DNA from: Bispira polyomma
Lineage: Eukaryota
Direction of reading: 5' to 3'
Assembly: GCA_965649765.1 (NCBI GenBank)
Contig: OZ287756.1
Coordinates: 21,204,001 to 21,268,000, forward strand
Length of the DNA: 64,000 nt
Position 1 is the stretch's first letter. The number at the start of each line of letters is the position of its first letter. Under the pieces are notes generated by a model. The model ran no database searches, was not told where the DNA came from, and saw only the letters and a list, made by a program, of their open reading frames with translations. This document shows, in pieces, positions 15,501-30,200 of this stretch. The position numbers and the translations under genes were made by a program.

Positions 15501-17275
15501 CTACCAACTTTCTAAAATCCACACAAGGGCAGATATTCGAACCCACGTTTAAGGGAGTTTGTCAGGCACTTGCTCTAGGCTGGTGGTTCTGAGTGCTTCT
15601 TCGACCATTGAATCTGGCCATCGCAATATGACCTAAGCTGTGGAAATAGATATAAAACCAAACTAAATTCATGTAATGTTAGACATACAAAGTTTGACAG
15701 CAACAAAAAGGTGGCAGCTATACCTGTAAATAAAATTATATATTAAATTAATGTATATCAGTTGTTTGAGATGGTCATATAGCGATACAAGCCACTCAAT
15801 GTCAAGTCAATATGGTTTCAGGACCATTAGGTTATATTCTGCTTTGTAAACCAAAAGTTATATTTTAATTTTTATTCTTCATCTGCCATCATCTTGAACC
15901 GAAAACAGGTTCTTGCAAAGAACAATGGTAACAAATACAAATAGTTTTGCAAGAACAGAGATTAGAATTTGCTTTAAAACCTAAAAGAAAGAAAAATGAA
16001 GCAAAATGCTAAAAATGGCAGTTTTATCTTAATTTATTTTTTATTTATCTTAATTTTTTTTTTAATATGATTTTTTTTGCTGTTTTTCTGCCACCAGGTT
16101 GAACCAGAAATAATTTGTGAAGAATTAGGATGAGCGATAAAATGTTTAATAACAACAGGTGACAGAAATGGCTTTATCACCTGTAACATATCATTAAGTG
16201 TAAGAAATATGGCGTAAAAAAGAACCAAAATGCTAGATTTATTTTAATATGTCAGTAATATAGTCTCATTTGGCGGATAAGAGGCAGGTAATATACATTT
16301 CTTTTAAAATTTCCATTGCAATAAAGTGATCCTGTATTTTGCAGAATTGGTTTGTATTGGTTTGGAATAAGTATAGATATATACATGGCAAACATCAACC
16401 AAATGCTTTTCAACAGGACTGGAGAAACCTACAAACATTATACACCAAAATTGACTGCTCACTGACATGGATTTTGCATGAAGCTGTCAAGCCATAATTA
16501 CGACAGCCTGACTAAATGGTGGAGACAGCCAGATAGACAATAGAGAAATCCATATACTTGTATTGTAGGCCACAGACCTATGCTATATGCCTAGACCCCT
16601 TTTGTTAAAAAACTCAAAATACAGGCTCAACTTAAATGAAAGCTATGTCAAAGTCCTTGTAAATGGCTGTAACCTATACTTGTAACCATTTATTTCAATA
16701 GAGCTTTCAATGCTTGATTTAAATATGTAGTCTGATGTTACTTATCTTCACTTTACTACTCAGATATATGGATATCCTAGAAGTGATGAGCTTGAGTCTG
16801 AGTTGAATTTGAGAAGTTTAAAGAATGTTGCCACAGACCTACTTTCAGACAAGAGAATTAGTGGAATTTAGTGGTCTGTCATCAAAGGTAAAAAAGAAAC
16901 TGGGTAATTCTGAAAGAAACAGTCCAAACCTGTATTGTGCACATGATAAAATTATAAAAAATGCTGACATTTTATCAAGGGGTAATTAGGCTAGTTAAGC
17001 TAGCCTGAGTTTTCAAAGAGCGGTTACCATTAGCAAAATTTAACACATCTGACAAGGCACATATAACATACTAAAAAAACACATATTTTAATTAGTTTGT
17101 AATTGTAAGGATTATTCCAATAGCCGCACACAATGTTACAATTTATGGCCCACCTGATAGTACTTGTTCACACAAATATCAACAGAAAGGTACTGTGGCA
17201 GATTTGTTAACTTTTGCGAATGGTAACTGCTCTGTAAAAACTCAGGCTAATCTAATTGCTGTTGTTAGCTCTTCT

Positions 17276-17500
17276 GGGGCAATATTCTAAAACGTTCTCA
17301 AACTCAAATCTGAAGTCCACACGTCTCTGGCTAGATTGAAGTCAAGTAAAATCTGAGTGATTATTTAAATTCAGCACTAAAAGCTATTCTAAAATAATAG
17401 TCATAAGTACAGGTTTTCTCCATACACAAGCACTTCCGCATAGCCTTAATTTTAGTTGTTTTTTAGTTTAAGCTTGAGTTACTTTCGAGAATATGACCCC
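17276..17500. mobile_element. Old MITE with TIRs ggggcaatattc / gaatatgacccc, shared by all three unit copies (also ~4155-4398 and ~54088-54325)
   Basis: Imperfect terminal inverted repeats and 6-bp periodic ctcaaa/ttgagt subterminal repeats. Confidence 0.5.
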
Positions 17501-19065
17501 TGGTTTAACAAATGATGATATTACAACCATTCAATAACCAGGGCTAATTTTAACCATAAGGTCCAGTCCTCCATCAATAAAAGGTACAATTGTATGTTTT
17601 CTCATTGCAGTTTGCTTATAAACGCTTGTCACAATTGAGTTTTTACAAATGGGCAGATCTACTTGTAGCACTGGTGATATCAAGGCATTGTTAGTAAAAC
17701 GGTAACTTGTGATATTTGTTGTCTGGACTAGCTTTTTGTTTGTCTTTTTTTTCTTAATAGTTTATTTCTGGTTCTGTAACAGATGTTTGTCTGTTGTATA
17801 TTAGGTATTATTGTAGTGATTTAGCTTAGTGTTTAGTTGCAGAAATCAAATACACTGTACAAGTTAAAAATGTAAGATTGTTGAAAGAGTTATTTTACAA
17901 TGTTTAAGAAATTAAATGGAATTATTATTTTCACCATTGGTCATATAATTCTACATTTTACCTAAGCATGCTGAAATAGCTATAATTAATCACAATTGAA
18001 GATTATCTATGTCACTATATTAAAAATAATAAATGGTAGACTATTTGACCTCCTTTAAAAGTTATTTTTCTTTTAAAAGAAGAACAGACCACAGGTACAA
18101 AATATCTAAACCTCTGACAATCTGTGAATCAGGCAAGTAAGCACGAATTCCTTTTTAAATCCCCATTAATATTAAGTCATCCTGTAGTTTACTATTATAA
18201 ATTCACTCCCTGTGTATCAAAAAATGTCGCTGCCAAGTAAAAAGGCATTATCTACAGCTAAATTACCAGAAATATGTTGCAACAAATAGAATGGCAGTTG
18301 TGCATGATACTAAGGACAAATTTTAAACAATCTACCCCATAAAGAAAGATTACAAAACCAGGTTTTTTTATCCCCTCTGACAATTTAGCCCTTTTTATCA
18401 GATGTTTCATTATAGTAAGAACAAAAGACAAATTAAGGACTTGTTGCTATAACAAAATAATACTTTTGCGTCTGATCAAATTTTTCATGTCTCATTTTGT
18501 TTTATTCTACTAGACATGACATTTGTAGTTACAACTCAATATATATTGACTACACTCCCAAGAGAATTTTTCTTGGGATGTGATACAATTTGAATGAATC
18601 AGTGCTTTAATTATTGACAGTTCTGTTGAAAGAAATATTAACTGGTGGCATTTGTATGTTTTCTTATAATGAATAATAAAGGTGTAAAACATCTTTCGAA
18701 AAGACTAGATAATGAATGTAAGATCGTAATAGAGTTATATTTACAGATAATAGGTGTAGAAATAAAAGATTTAAACAATATCAGGGAAAACAGTGAAAGA
18801 TGTTGTTTGGTATTACAAAACCTTTTTTTTATCGCAGAGATTGTTGTCTATCACACCTATTGCTTGTAAAAGTGTACAACTGGAAATTTTAACTGGAAAA
18901 TTTATAATTTTTGAGTAGTTCACTAAAATTGATTTTCACTATTGCCTATTTTTTGTAGTTAAATTAGTAATACAAGTTCAAAATTCAACTTGAAATATAT
19001 ATTTGACTATCCCTCCCAAAAAAATTAATTCCCATTGAAAGATTTCATTCATACACTATATTGCT

Positions 19066-19330
19066 GGGGGGCCACGGTGGCCTAGTGGTTAGCAAGCATT
19101 GCGCTTTACAATCACTGCTTTCTCACCTCTGTTGCGGCGTGAGTTTGAATCCTGTCGACCTATGTGGGAAAGGTGGTAGTTCCTTACTGTGGGCCGCTGG
19201 TTCCAGTGCAGAACCTTGATCAACTGCATGCAGTGTTTTCTCCAGCGTTTCCAACTACCCGTCCCAATATAACCTAAACAGGTACTAGAGTGGACGTTAA
19301 ATATCTAAATTAAAAAAACAAAAAAAATAA
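19066..19330 (+). mobile_element. Full-length tRNA-derived SINE
   Basis: A box TGGCCTAGTGG, B box GTTTGAATCC, shared body, A-rich tail, imperfect TSD atattgct/atgttgct; present only in copy B. Confidence 0.85.
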
Positions 19331-21356
19331 CATGTTGCTATTTACACCAAATAAACACGGCATATACTTGTCAATATATTGAATGGTCTGTTGATAAATA
19401 CTAATAAATACTAAAGATATACAATACACTCATGATCAAAAGTACTTGCCCACATGGTAACAGTTTTTTTTTCACTGCAAAGTCAATACTCTAAAACCAA
19501 CACAGATCCTATTGCTAATAACAAGCTAAATGCATTTCTACCTTTTGCCGTTGTTTGTTCCCTTAGGTTTTTTTTCTTTACAATTGATAGATCTGTGGTC
19601 ATGGTGGTAAATCCATTACATAACACAGACTAATTCAAACCATGAGGTCCTCTTAACCGCAATTAATGGACATCCTTCAAACTGACAAGGTTAATGTGTT
19701 ATTGCTTATATATTCTTGTCAGAGCCATAAACTACAACTAATTGTGTAACTGTATTTCCAGATAGTTCCATCCCTGTACTTCATTGTGGTGTGCCTCAAA
19801 TTAGTTTTTGTTATTTTTCTTTTGAATGGTGGTTGCAAAGATATACCTTTATAGTTTGGTATTTCGTTCTTTTAATATAATAGTTTTATATCTCATATAA
19901 AAGTAAGTAACAGAGTCGTTTAGAATTTTGGAGGACAATGCATTCTTCCTCCTTAATTTAAATCATCCGTTTACCCTGACTAAAGTCTACTTCTATATGT
20001 AAGGTATTGCTAAACCTTCATTAAACATTAATATGTGACTTGATATATTATTATGATCAAACTTAAATATTTAATTCTAAGGCGCTAGGTTAAATGATAA
20101 TCAGAATCCAAAAATCATTATTGATGGAATGGAAAAAATTTAACTTAGAGAGATCAACTGATATCCGGGAGACAGCTATAAAAGCAAAACATGAAACAAA
20201 TAATTATGTTTTTTTATCTGTGGCAGAAGGAACGTGAGGTAGGAGCTGTTATGATGTAATGAGGTGAACTATTCACACAAGGGTAGGACCACCAAAGCAA
20301 AACTTTTATCAAAATGAACCTTTTGACATTTCTATCAATTAAATTTAAAACTAAGGAGCACATTCAAAAGGAAACTACATACTTTCTCAAAACTGGATAT
20401 GTTTACATTTGATTGTATTTTGCATTTTTACCACAGCATATTGATGCGAGGTATTTTCTAAAGTGCAACAAAGGAATCAATTGACCAAGAAGTCCAAAAC
20501 ACACAGCCAAGTGGTAAAGATGTATGTGGCGGTGCGCAGGGAGGGAACTAAGCTTTAGGAGATAGGTTTTAAATTTCATAACCAACTATTGCTATTGAGA
20601 AAGCTTTGAATCCAATCCTCTTGGTGGATTTAACAGAGGAAACACCTTTATACATATTTAATTAACATTTAACTTTTTCTCAAAATCCCACATAGTATGG
20701 TTTAATTAACAGGGAGGCTTATCAAAGATTAGACATTTGTCTGCCAAGAAATTCCAAGATCAGGTCAGACACCAAATAAATGTCTATTACCAGGCAGACA
20801 AAGGGGAAATTGGTTTAGACGCTTATTTGCTGCAATTCTATACGATACAAGGGAGACAACATTTTTCTATGTATATCTCAGTCAGGGGCTGTGGTTGCCT
20901 AGTGGTTGGAAGTGCCTGCTTTTCAATCACTGGCCTCTCACCAATGTGTGTGTGCGAATCCCTGTTTGCTTTTTTATGATGGAAAGTTTGTCAGCCTTGG
21001 AATCAAACAGTTTGTCTAATATCCTGCAACACGTTAACAACATAAATTAAACTATTTTATTTAATATTTCATGTCACTTTAGGGGCTCCGTAAATACACC
21101 ATTTTACAATACTTCTGCTTTGTGCAACACATAGAAAGAAAAACAATCATATACGTTTGGAGTCTGACTGAATTGGAATAGTATTGTGTTGAAAATACAA
21201 ATGCAGTTATTTCAATATCACATTGGAGTGACATTTCTATTTCAAGCAAGTATCAATTAAACTTAATCTTTATATATTTAACAGTTAAGTTTAACTGGCC
21301 ACCACAGTTTAATTTGCTACAAAAAATAATCTACATTGGCTCAAAAATTACATTGT

Positions 21357-21590
21357 CCTCGGTGGTGTAGTGGTAACACTCCTATCCCACCTCCTCAACA
21401 GTCGCGGGTTTAAATCTCGGCCCTGGAGTGTATATATATGAACATTAGCAGTAGACTTTGCTGAAGGGCAGTGGTTTGCAGAGCAGAAAAACCTTGACCA
21501 GCTACACCCTGCTCTGGTTTCCTCCACTGGTAAACTGCCCATTATGATATTACAAAAGCATGTTCAAAGTAACCTTAAGCTAATTTAATG
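21357..21590 (+). mobile_element. Older tRNA-derived SINE (second subfamily; relatives at ~9130-9315 (-), ~26870-27090 (+), ~30940-31156 (-))
   Basis: GGTGTAGTGG A box, GGTTTAAATC B box, shared core 'gtagactt.gctgaagg..gtggtttgcag..aaaaccttgacca'. Confidence 0.6.
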
Positions 21591-24500
21591 TTGAAATCAC
21601 TGCCTTATAGGCATGGCTCATCACTCACAAAATATTAATACTTTACATTATTGTATAATTACCAAATGTATGGGCCCTCTGTGTTGGCAAGGGTTAAACC
21701 CAGTGTGTTAGAATACCAGCTACCTGGCTTCATTCCTTCTTTACACTAATCTAATATAATGTACACAGTTTGTGGCTTACAGGATATAAATGGCTTCTGG
21801 ATATTAATACTCTGACAATATAGGTGAACTAAGAGCTTTGTACCTACATGATATGTATAGATGAGGCTCTAGCTTAAATTAATAACCCTGGCAGCCATAT
21901 GGGGCTCACTAGAATATATAGAAGTGAGGGGCTTTTCTTTTTACATTTTATCTGTACAGAGTGGCAGTTACTTCCCAATGGTTTCTGGTTTGCAGTGTAG
22001 AATCTTGACCAAGTAGCATACACTGGTTTCCTCCAGCACTGAAACTGCTCGTCGTGATATGACCAATACAATGTGTTGAAAGCGACCTTAAAACCGAATC
22101 AAATTGCTCTGGTGAATTATAAATGTGTTCTGAAACATATTCTACCTTTAAAACTTCTCGCACATTTTCTCTTTTGTGCATGTTTTGGGTTTTTTTTATT
22201 TACATTCTTTTTTGGGGGTTTTTTTATTTACATTCTTTTTGATAAACCTCTCTGCCATGAAGGTAATTGTAGAATCCGGTATTTATGGACTGGTACTGCA
22301 CAGTCAATAGGGAAGAGATTCCACTCCTGTGTTATTGCATTCTAACAGGTCTCTGAGGTGTCATAAATTGCCACCCCCTACTACATGCAGAAATTCAATT
22401 TGAAAAGAACTCGGTCTTAAATAGGCACCCGTTTTTCTTTCCCTTCTCTGACTTAATTTATCAATTTACCCATTTTATCCGCAAAACACAAAAAGGTTGG
22501 CAGAGACTTTTTAAACTGGCTGCTTGTCTGTGTAATTTGATAGCCTTTTACTTAGACTTGCATGGAGTGGATAGAAAGACTTACAACTTGGCTGTTTCTT
22601 TGAGGTGAAAATACTGATAATTCAATTCATTCTAAGGGGTAAAACAGCCTTTTTCTTTCTACTTTAGTTTTTTGTTTTTACTTTTTGGGGCACCCTTGGG
22701 ATCTACTGAGAGCTGTTGTCGTCAGATTTACGTTGTTTTCCACAGCAGTTTTCATATCATGACAGTCAGGCAACTGCTATTTCAGTTCATTCCACTAATT
22801 TATTGTGCCATAAATATTACAGGTATAGCTGTCCCTATCCATTTTCTCTCTATTTTAATCCTAGGCCAATCACATCCAAAATGTTATCAATTTTACCTCG
22901 CTTTCAACAACCTTATATGAGGTCATATGACGGCGGCCAAATTTAATTGTGTTATAGTATACATTTATCTAATTTTAGAATTATTTGTTGGGCTTTTTTA
23001 AAATTTTAAACAAATTGACACCTGTGGCCGGAGAATGATGTGTTCTGCTGTAACTAAACCTCTGTCACGCTATCGGTGAAACATTATCACCTATACAATA
23101 AGTACTATCGTCACTGAGGATAATTAAAATAAGTAAAACTTCGTCAACCAATATTAAGCAATGATTAATAAAAAAAGAGTCTAATTTGGTAATGTTATTC
23201 TTATTATCTTATTATCATTAAATTGAATTTACAAGACTAAATATCTTTATACATATATTTAGCAATGATGGAAATACAAATTTGCAATATTGAAAATAAT
23301 CTATTTATTAGTATTATTTATTACAGAGTGGAGATAAACTTTACATATCCACGGGCCCCCATGCAAATTTAAAGATTTACAGAGATTTATATGGTTTAAG
23401 TGTCAATTTTTGATTGATCTATTAGACAAAAAGTTGTCAGAACGTGTGGGTAATATAAAATAAGAAACACAAACAACATTTATGGTCTTATAAACCTAGA
23501 TATTTACTCTGTCTTAAATATGGACTTAAAGTTACTTCTTGTATTTTTTCTTCATAGTAAAAAAGTTATAGTCTTACTTCACCAAAGTTTAGAATTTAAT
23601 GTTACTTGAATGTTATTTTGTGGTCTTTTCTCATGATAAAAATTTCTAAATATGTATGACTTGGGCAATTTTCCTATTTTGTCTTTTTTATTGATCTCGG
23701 GCGTGAACGTTTGTGAATGTGCTGGATGACAGATTTATGTGAACAACTAATAAACAACAACATGTGAATAAGCAGAAACTATTTTTTATCAGCATTTCTA
23801 GTCTAGAACCAGTCACTGTCACATGGGGAAAGCTCAAAACTGTAATTAACCCCACCTTGGAGGTGTTTGTTTGTTTCATGTTTGTTTATACCAGGATTAC
23901 ATACAAAAAATGAATTGCTTCACATAAAATTTGGTGGGAAAAAGCGTAGGCTATGGGCTTAAGCATTTATTTGGCAGAGATTATGCACTTTATGAAGTTG
24001 TCACATCTATTCAAAACTTTTAATCTGCATCACATACACCATTCTGCTTGCTTACCCCTTGTATAAGACCTAAAATGGATTACTGCTTATCTTTTTTTCA
24101 AAAGGCTATTTGTTGTTCCTTTTTTAGTGTAGATATTCAAGAGCTCCTGTTCCATTGATGTTGCCAATTTTCCATTTGACACGTAAGTATGGCACGTAAG
24201 TATGAGCAAAGTTTGAGTTTTTTGTAACTTTCAACACCAGAGGCCATATGTTGCAATAAGGACAGATTTAATTTGTAGAGCAAACCAACAAGCCTTCGAA
24301 ATCTAGAATAATTACTGTACTCAACTACTAATCTAAAATATTCAGTAAATGTCCCCTCTGAAACTTTCCCAGATACTTTTCTACATGGTCATAGACAGAT
24401 TTAGACATTACTGGCAAAGAAGACTTATAGTAGTGATACGGGAATACTCAGAAACACTCAGAATCATTGTACACCTTAGTGAGGTGAAAAGCCACATAAC

Positions 24501-27279
24501 CAGTGCCACATAGGCAATACTGTCCTGTACTCCTACACATATGAAACAGTGGGATTTGAACCAATGTTCCCCGTGAAACATATTTGGAGCATGTGCTATA
24601 ACTGTGATTGGCAAAAACTACTTATACTTCCTAAATGTAATATATTTTACTGTAACCTGATACCCTTTTTTAGATGACAAATGAGCTTTTTATGACAAAT
24701 ATATGGCTTAAACTTCGTCTTCTGAGTTCAGAAATTTTTAACATCAGATTCATACATGATTATGATTTATGGAAATTAGAAAATGTCCTCTCTTTGGAAT
24801 TTTGATCGAATATGATATTTAGATATTCTTATTAGCTAAAAAAAAAAAAACTATGTTGACAAGGTGCTTATTTTTAAGTTGATTCACATTTGATTTCTTA
24901 ATATCAAATGATAGAGAAAAAGCCAAAAATGAAGGCATTCATAATTGATCATCATTCTCTGTTGAAATATGTGCTTAGGTAATAACAAACAGCCCCAATT
25001 GCTGTCACAGTCTTCCTATTTTAATTATTGATGGGCCAGCATATTTTTTTCAGGATGCCAACATCTCTTGTCCTGTCACCTGAAGTTTGGTGGGATTTTT
25101 GTTGGTTCATCTAGGAATCAATGGTTTCATATTTCTCTTAGTTCTTAAAAATAATTCACCTCACATTAATCTCAGTGGGAAACATCTATATACAAGTTTG
25201 TTTAAGTAGCCATGGTCTATTTTTTTGTCAGAGATACAAAATATGTACCATGTGTTTTATCGAAGGGCATTTCTACCGTCATGACCCCCTGTATCTGTAA
25301 TGGCTATATGTAATTATTAAAATGATTTTCCAGTCTCATGCCCCTTAGAATCTGCTAGCACGGAGGAGTTATCGAAGTTAGATTAGAAAAGAGATTAGAT
25401 TATTCCCAGGAGAGATTGTTTAAATGAGAAACTTTATCTACTACAATGCTTGGTGTCAATGTTCCGATATAAATGCCGGTATATATTCAAATACATACAG
25501 AACAAAAGGAGGGGAATTTGGGGGGCCATGTAATTAATTGATTGATGTTAAACACTGTTCTAGCATTTTTACTAATTCTCCTGGGATAAAAGAAAAAAAT
25601 TATTGTAATATAGCTTACTCGCAGAATTCAAAGCAGTAAATGTGACGGTTTGTTTTTTCTTTAAAAATACAAATAACGAGAGAAAAAACAATGTAAAATA
25701 AGTAAAGAACCAAGAAAATTCCAAAAAATCACACCCAGAAATATCTTTCTAGAATTACTTTGTTTCCCACCTAAAACTCTCCTTCACAACAGATCACCCC
25801 ACCAGGATAATATACCACTGTGAACCCTTTTCGAGTCCCTTGACTTATGATTTTTGCTTACCTTCATGCGATTAGCCCATTTGACTTTTTTCACAAACAA
25901 AAAACACAATATTTTACAATAAAAAATTAACATGTTGTGTGACACAGTACAAATAACATATACAGGTTACATTGGAGCATGTACATTAACTTCCTTTAAT
26001 AAGGATACCACATCGCCTCTTTGATATAGTGGAGAGTGCTTTTTGTGGCTTTGCAATGATTTTGTCTTGCATGGCCTAGTGATCAGTGAGAGGATATCAT
26101 TATAATGGTCATCGCAGGATGTTATAATGCTATTCTTGTTTGTTAATACTAGTAATGAAGTACTACCATGATCAGTGTGCTTCCCGCTTGAAGGACATAA
26201 ACCTGAACCTGGCCTTTCCAGATGGTATAGACTTGAGTACCTTCCAGAGTGACTACAAGGACAGCTGTGAGTGGAAGATCATCTCCCCCCAGGCAGAAAG
26301 GATGCTTCTCCCCGACAACAACCCTGACCCTGTGGCTGTGTTAGGGTTCACCATGACATTGGAGAGGAAGCTTGTCTTCCCCAGTTATATCCTCACTCTC
26401 CCGAGGGTTAACCTAGCTTCCCTTACTATGGTTGTATTTTGGTTGCCTGCTGACAGACCAGATAGAACCGGATTATGTGAGTTGCTAACCGCATAAAACT
26501 TGAATAAACTAGATAAATGTTGCTGTGCAGTGGGACTAGCTTGTATATCAAACTAATACTAATTTAGCTAAACAAAGCTGTTGCTGACCCAAACCAGGAA
26601 AATATAAGCTTGAAGCTCCTCTAAAATTATCTATCCTGTTTCCCATTACAGGTATTTACAGGTATTGGTTTTACTAGTGTAACATTTGATAGAACCAATT
26701 CAATTTTACCCTTCATTAAGTCTGATGTAACCTTACATATTTAATCCAGTCTTTGTATCTGTGTTCAATATATAAGTGGAAAATTTTTAAAATATTCTTA
26801 ACAGTAGAACTCTAATAGGTGAAATATTACACCATATTATTTCATTGGGCAATTTGTGTTTGGTTGGCATTGTTTGTGTTGTGGTAACCCCACTCACTGC
26901 CACCTTAGCCAGTGTGGGGTTAAATCTATAAGATGTATGCCCAGCATGTTTGTCAAAAAGTTTGGTGAAGGCTGGTGGTTTGTAAATCAGAAAACCTTGA
27001 CCAACTACCCTGTTGTGATTATCTGCAGCAATGAATTGCCCTTTGTCATATGAAACAAGCATTTTAAAAGCTATATTAAACCCAAACTAATCTAATCTAT
27101 TAGTCCATATATCTTACATGTCCATTTCAACTTGTTGCCATGAGTCTGTTTTAAGTTTTCTGGTGTTACTTTTGATCTTGGTAGAAGCAGCCCCTCCTAC
27201 TGCATCATCTGTCCCAATTCTTGGTAAGTTAACTTGTGTATGTGTGTTCTTGTGTATGTGTACTTGTGTATGTGTGGTA

Positions 27280-30200
27280 CAGTTGTCCTTGTAAAGCCAG
27301 TAAGTCAGATATGAAGTTTCAGTTGATAGTTTCAGATTGTAAGTAAAGACAATCATTTATGGTTTGAGGTATTTTTATTTACTGTACATGTTAGTGTAAA
27401 AGTATATTTACAATTTAGGGTAAAAAGTAAAGTAAAAATTAAAAAATATCAATCAGAGATTTTTAAAAGCCCAAGCCAAACTAAGAAATGGGGGTATAGA
27501 GGCATCAAAAGTTAGTGGCACTGCTGATGCAGCTTGAGAATTTTTCTAAAGGTAGGACCATACTGCTTAAGATCTCCATAATCTGTGGGCCATAATGTTC
27601 TGGAGAGAAACGTTGTGATCAAAAGCAAAAGTGGCTCCAGAATGTCTGAAAATATGAACAGTATGCCCTGTTTGTGGTATACCTATGTGTTTTAATACTG
27701 TGGAAAGTAAAATGTGGAACGCAAATATTATATCTTTCCTAATGACCTGGTTACACCTACACATGGTAACGCCCTCCCAACGTACCTAAGCAATATACAC
27801 TAAAAGTGTGGTAGTATTGTATCAAAGTGACGTCATTTCCATAAAGGGGTAGTCGATTGTGACGTTTTATGACGTTTCGTGATGATGTTGGTACTTGTAC
27901 ACACAAAGCGGGGGTAAAAATCTAACACTATACTGGCAGGATATCACTACCTTCTACTACGTAGAGCTACTATACTGCTACTTACTGGTGCGTTTTGTTG
28001 CCTTATGCTACTTAGTGAAACGTTTTTGACTAACGAAGATGAGTGGAGATGATCTCACTACTTACTGGGACTTCCCCACTACCTACTACTACATAGAGCT
28101 ACTTACTGATATGTCTATGCTACTTTCAGAAATGTTCGAGGATGGGAGAGAAATGGGAGCTGTGACTGTAGTGTTTCAAACAGTTTAAAACACTTCACCC
28201 AGAAGACAAAATGGAGATGTTTCCGGAACGATACCATCCGTTAATCAACGTCACGGAACGAACACCAGGGATCCTCACTTCCTACTACATTTCAAAATGT
28301 TTCCAAAATTAACACAACATGACACAAAGGTAGCTCTAGAACGTGTAGGGGTGACCAGGACATACAGAAATTCCATGTTGGGTCAAATTTTGACCTAGAG
28401 TGGGGAGTAATGTTGGACATTCTTAAAAAGGCAAAGAAGGAAAGGAGGAATATGGCTCTATACAGTGGAGGATCACTCAAGATATCACATGCTATGGAAC
28501 TAGGGATAAATGTTGTATGTCAAAAATTTCTTTAGGAAGTGGTCTAAAGGAAAATGTGTGAGTTAAGCTCCTGGTGAACATAGCAACAGTATTGTTTTCA
28601 AACATGTTGAGGATCCATGATAATTTTTTAACCATGTGTTTTATGGCCACCAGGTAATTATTAATACTGGCAGGTGAAGAGCCTGTTTGTACTACGTATT
28701 CCAGAAATGCTACTATCGAATCTGTGGAAATTTCCTTAATGCCAGCATAACAGTAAAAAGAGACAAATGTCTTAAATTGGTTGCTGTAAGCCACTGTAGT
28801 CTGTGGACGAAGTGAGTGGTTTATTCTCTGCCATGCTGAACTGGTGAAAGCTTGTGTAACTTGAGTGGAACTTGGAATTGCATAGTAAAATCTAGGTTAA
28901 AGAACTGTATTGGTATATTTCTCCAAATACAATTTTCATTTAGAATATTAACTTGTTCTCCCTTTGGGGTTCTTAATGACTATCCTTCTATGTCTTCACT
29001 GCTCTCCCCAGACTCTCAGAGCCAACAAAATATTCAGCATTTCGATGTGCACCATAGTATAATCTCGTCCATACATGTTATATAGGGGTGTTGCATATAC
29101 TTTGTTCATGTATCTAGCCCCCAAGCCTGTTAAGCAGGCGTCTATGAAAACTTCGTTTTCCAAAGCTGTGTTTATAGGTCTGATGAACGTAATGCCATTG
29201 TAGCTTGGTAGAATTTTTTTAAACCAGAGCAAATCTGCTTTCATTTTCTCTGTTACTTTAAAAACGCTTTGCTTGGCTTTTATTTCTAAAAGCCCTAAGT
29301 AAACGATTGATAAAAATTTTAGCAGGTTTTACACATTTATGTATGAATAAACATTTTCCAAGGACAGACTGGAATTTTATACTGGAAATCCATTGCTTAT
29401 TCAGTACATCCAAACAAAGTTGGTATGTTTCCCTAATTTTTTCCTCTGTAATACTTATAATGCTGTTGTCGATATCTATATCAATGCCTAGACAAGTTAT
29501 CTTTGAGCTTGGCTTTGAGATTTTGTCCGGATTCAAAGGGAAACCTAAATCAGTAACGAGTTGATGTAATTCATCAAACGTTGTGTCCTCTTCACAAGAT
29601 GTGGAAACTCCGACATAGTCGTTGATGTAACAGAAGACTGTGTGTCCAATCTTGTCCATATAATGGGCTAATACATCAGAGCAGCGCTGAAAGGCTGTCG
29701 AGCCATGGACCCAGCCAAACGCAACCACAGGATTGATGTATTTTTGCCTTTAAAAAAATGCCCAGTTTCATTGCGTCGGCTGGGTCCACCCTCAAGTTCC
29801 TAAAAGCATGGGCTATATCTAGTTTAAATATTTTTGGTTCTCTAGTGTTACATATTTTTTCTACAATGTCATCAATTGTTGGGAACTTAATTCTGAATTG
29901 TACCCCATCGAAGTGTTCTTTGTCAATATTGTCGTTCACCGAATTGATAAATTTATAAATTGATAAATTTAAGGTAACTGGTGAACAATAGCAGTTTTAA
30001 ACTGCAGATCAGAGTGTTGGTTAGTAAAGTTCCTTAAAGTTTGTGGGTTTTGAAGTGAAAGTGGGAAGCCAAACTTGAGATATTGTAGAAGTAATTCATC
30101 TGGGTGATCTTTAAGTATGTTTTCTCATGTTGGAAAGTTAAGTCCAGAAAGCAGAGGGATTCTTGCCTCTCTGTAATTAGGACATTTAGTGTCACTGATA

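Larger units (their letters stand above)
1..15600 (+). repeat. Long tandem segmental unit, copy A (lacks several blocks present in B/C)
   Basis: Colinear blocks recur: 'tcgcaatatgac..gctgtggaaatag' at ~22, ~15621 and ~51817; 'gccataattac.acagcctgac' at ~841, ~16491 and ~52984; many more blocks in the same order. Identity roughly 75-85% by eye. Confidence 0.9.

Noticed and set aside
1046-24614. Short 60-110 aa ORFs in the repeat units
   Set aside because: The frames are not preserved among the three copies and have AT-rich, random-looking composition.
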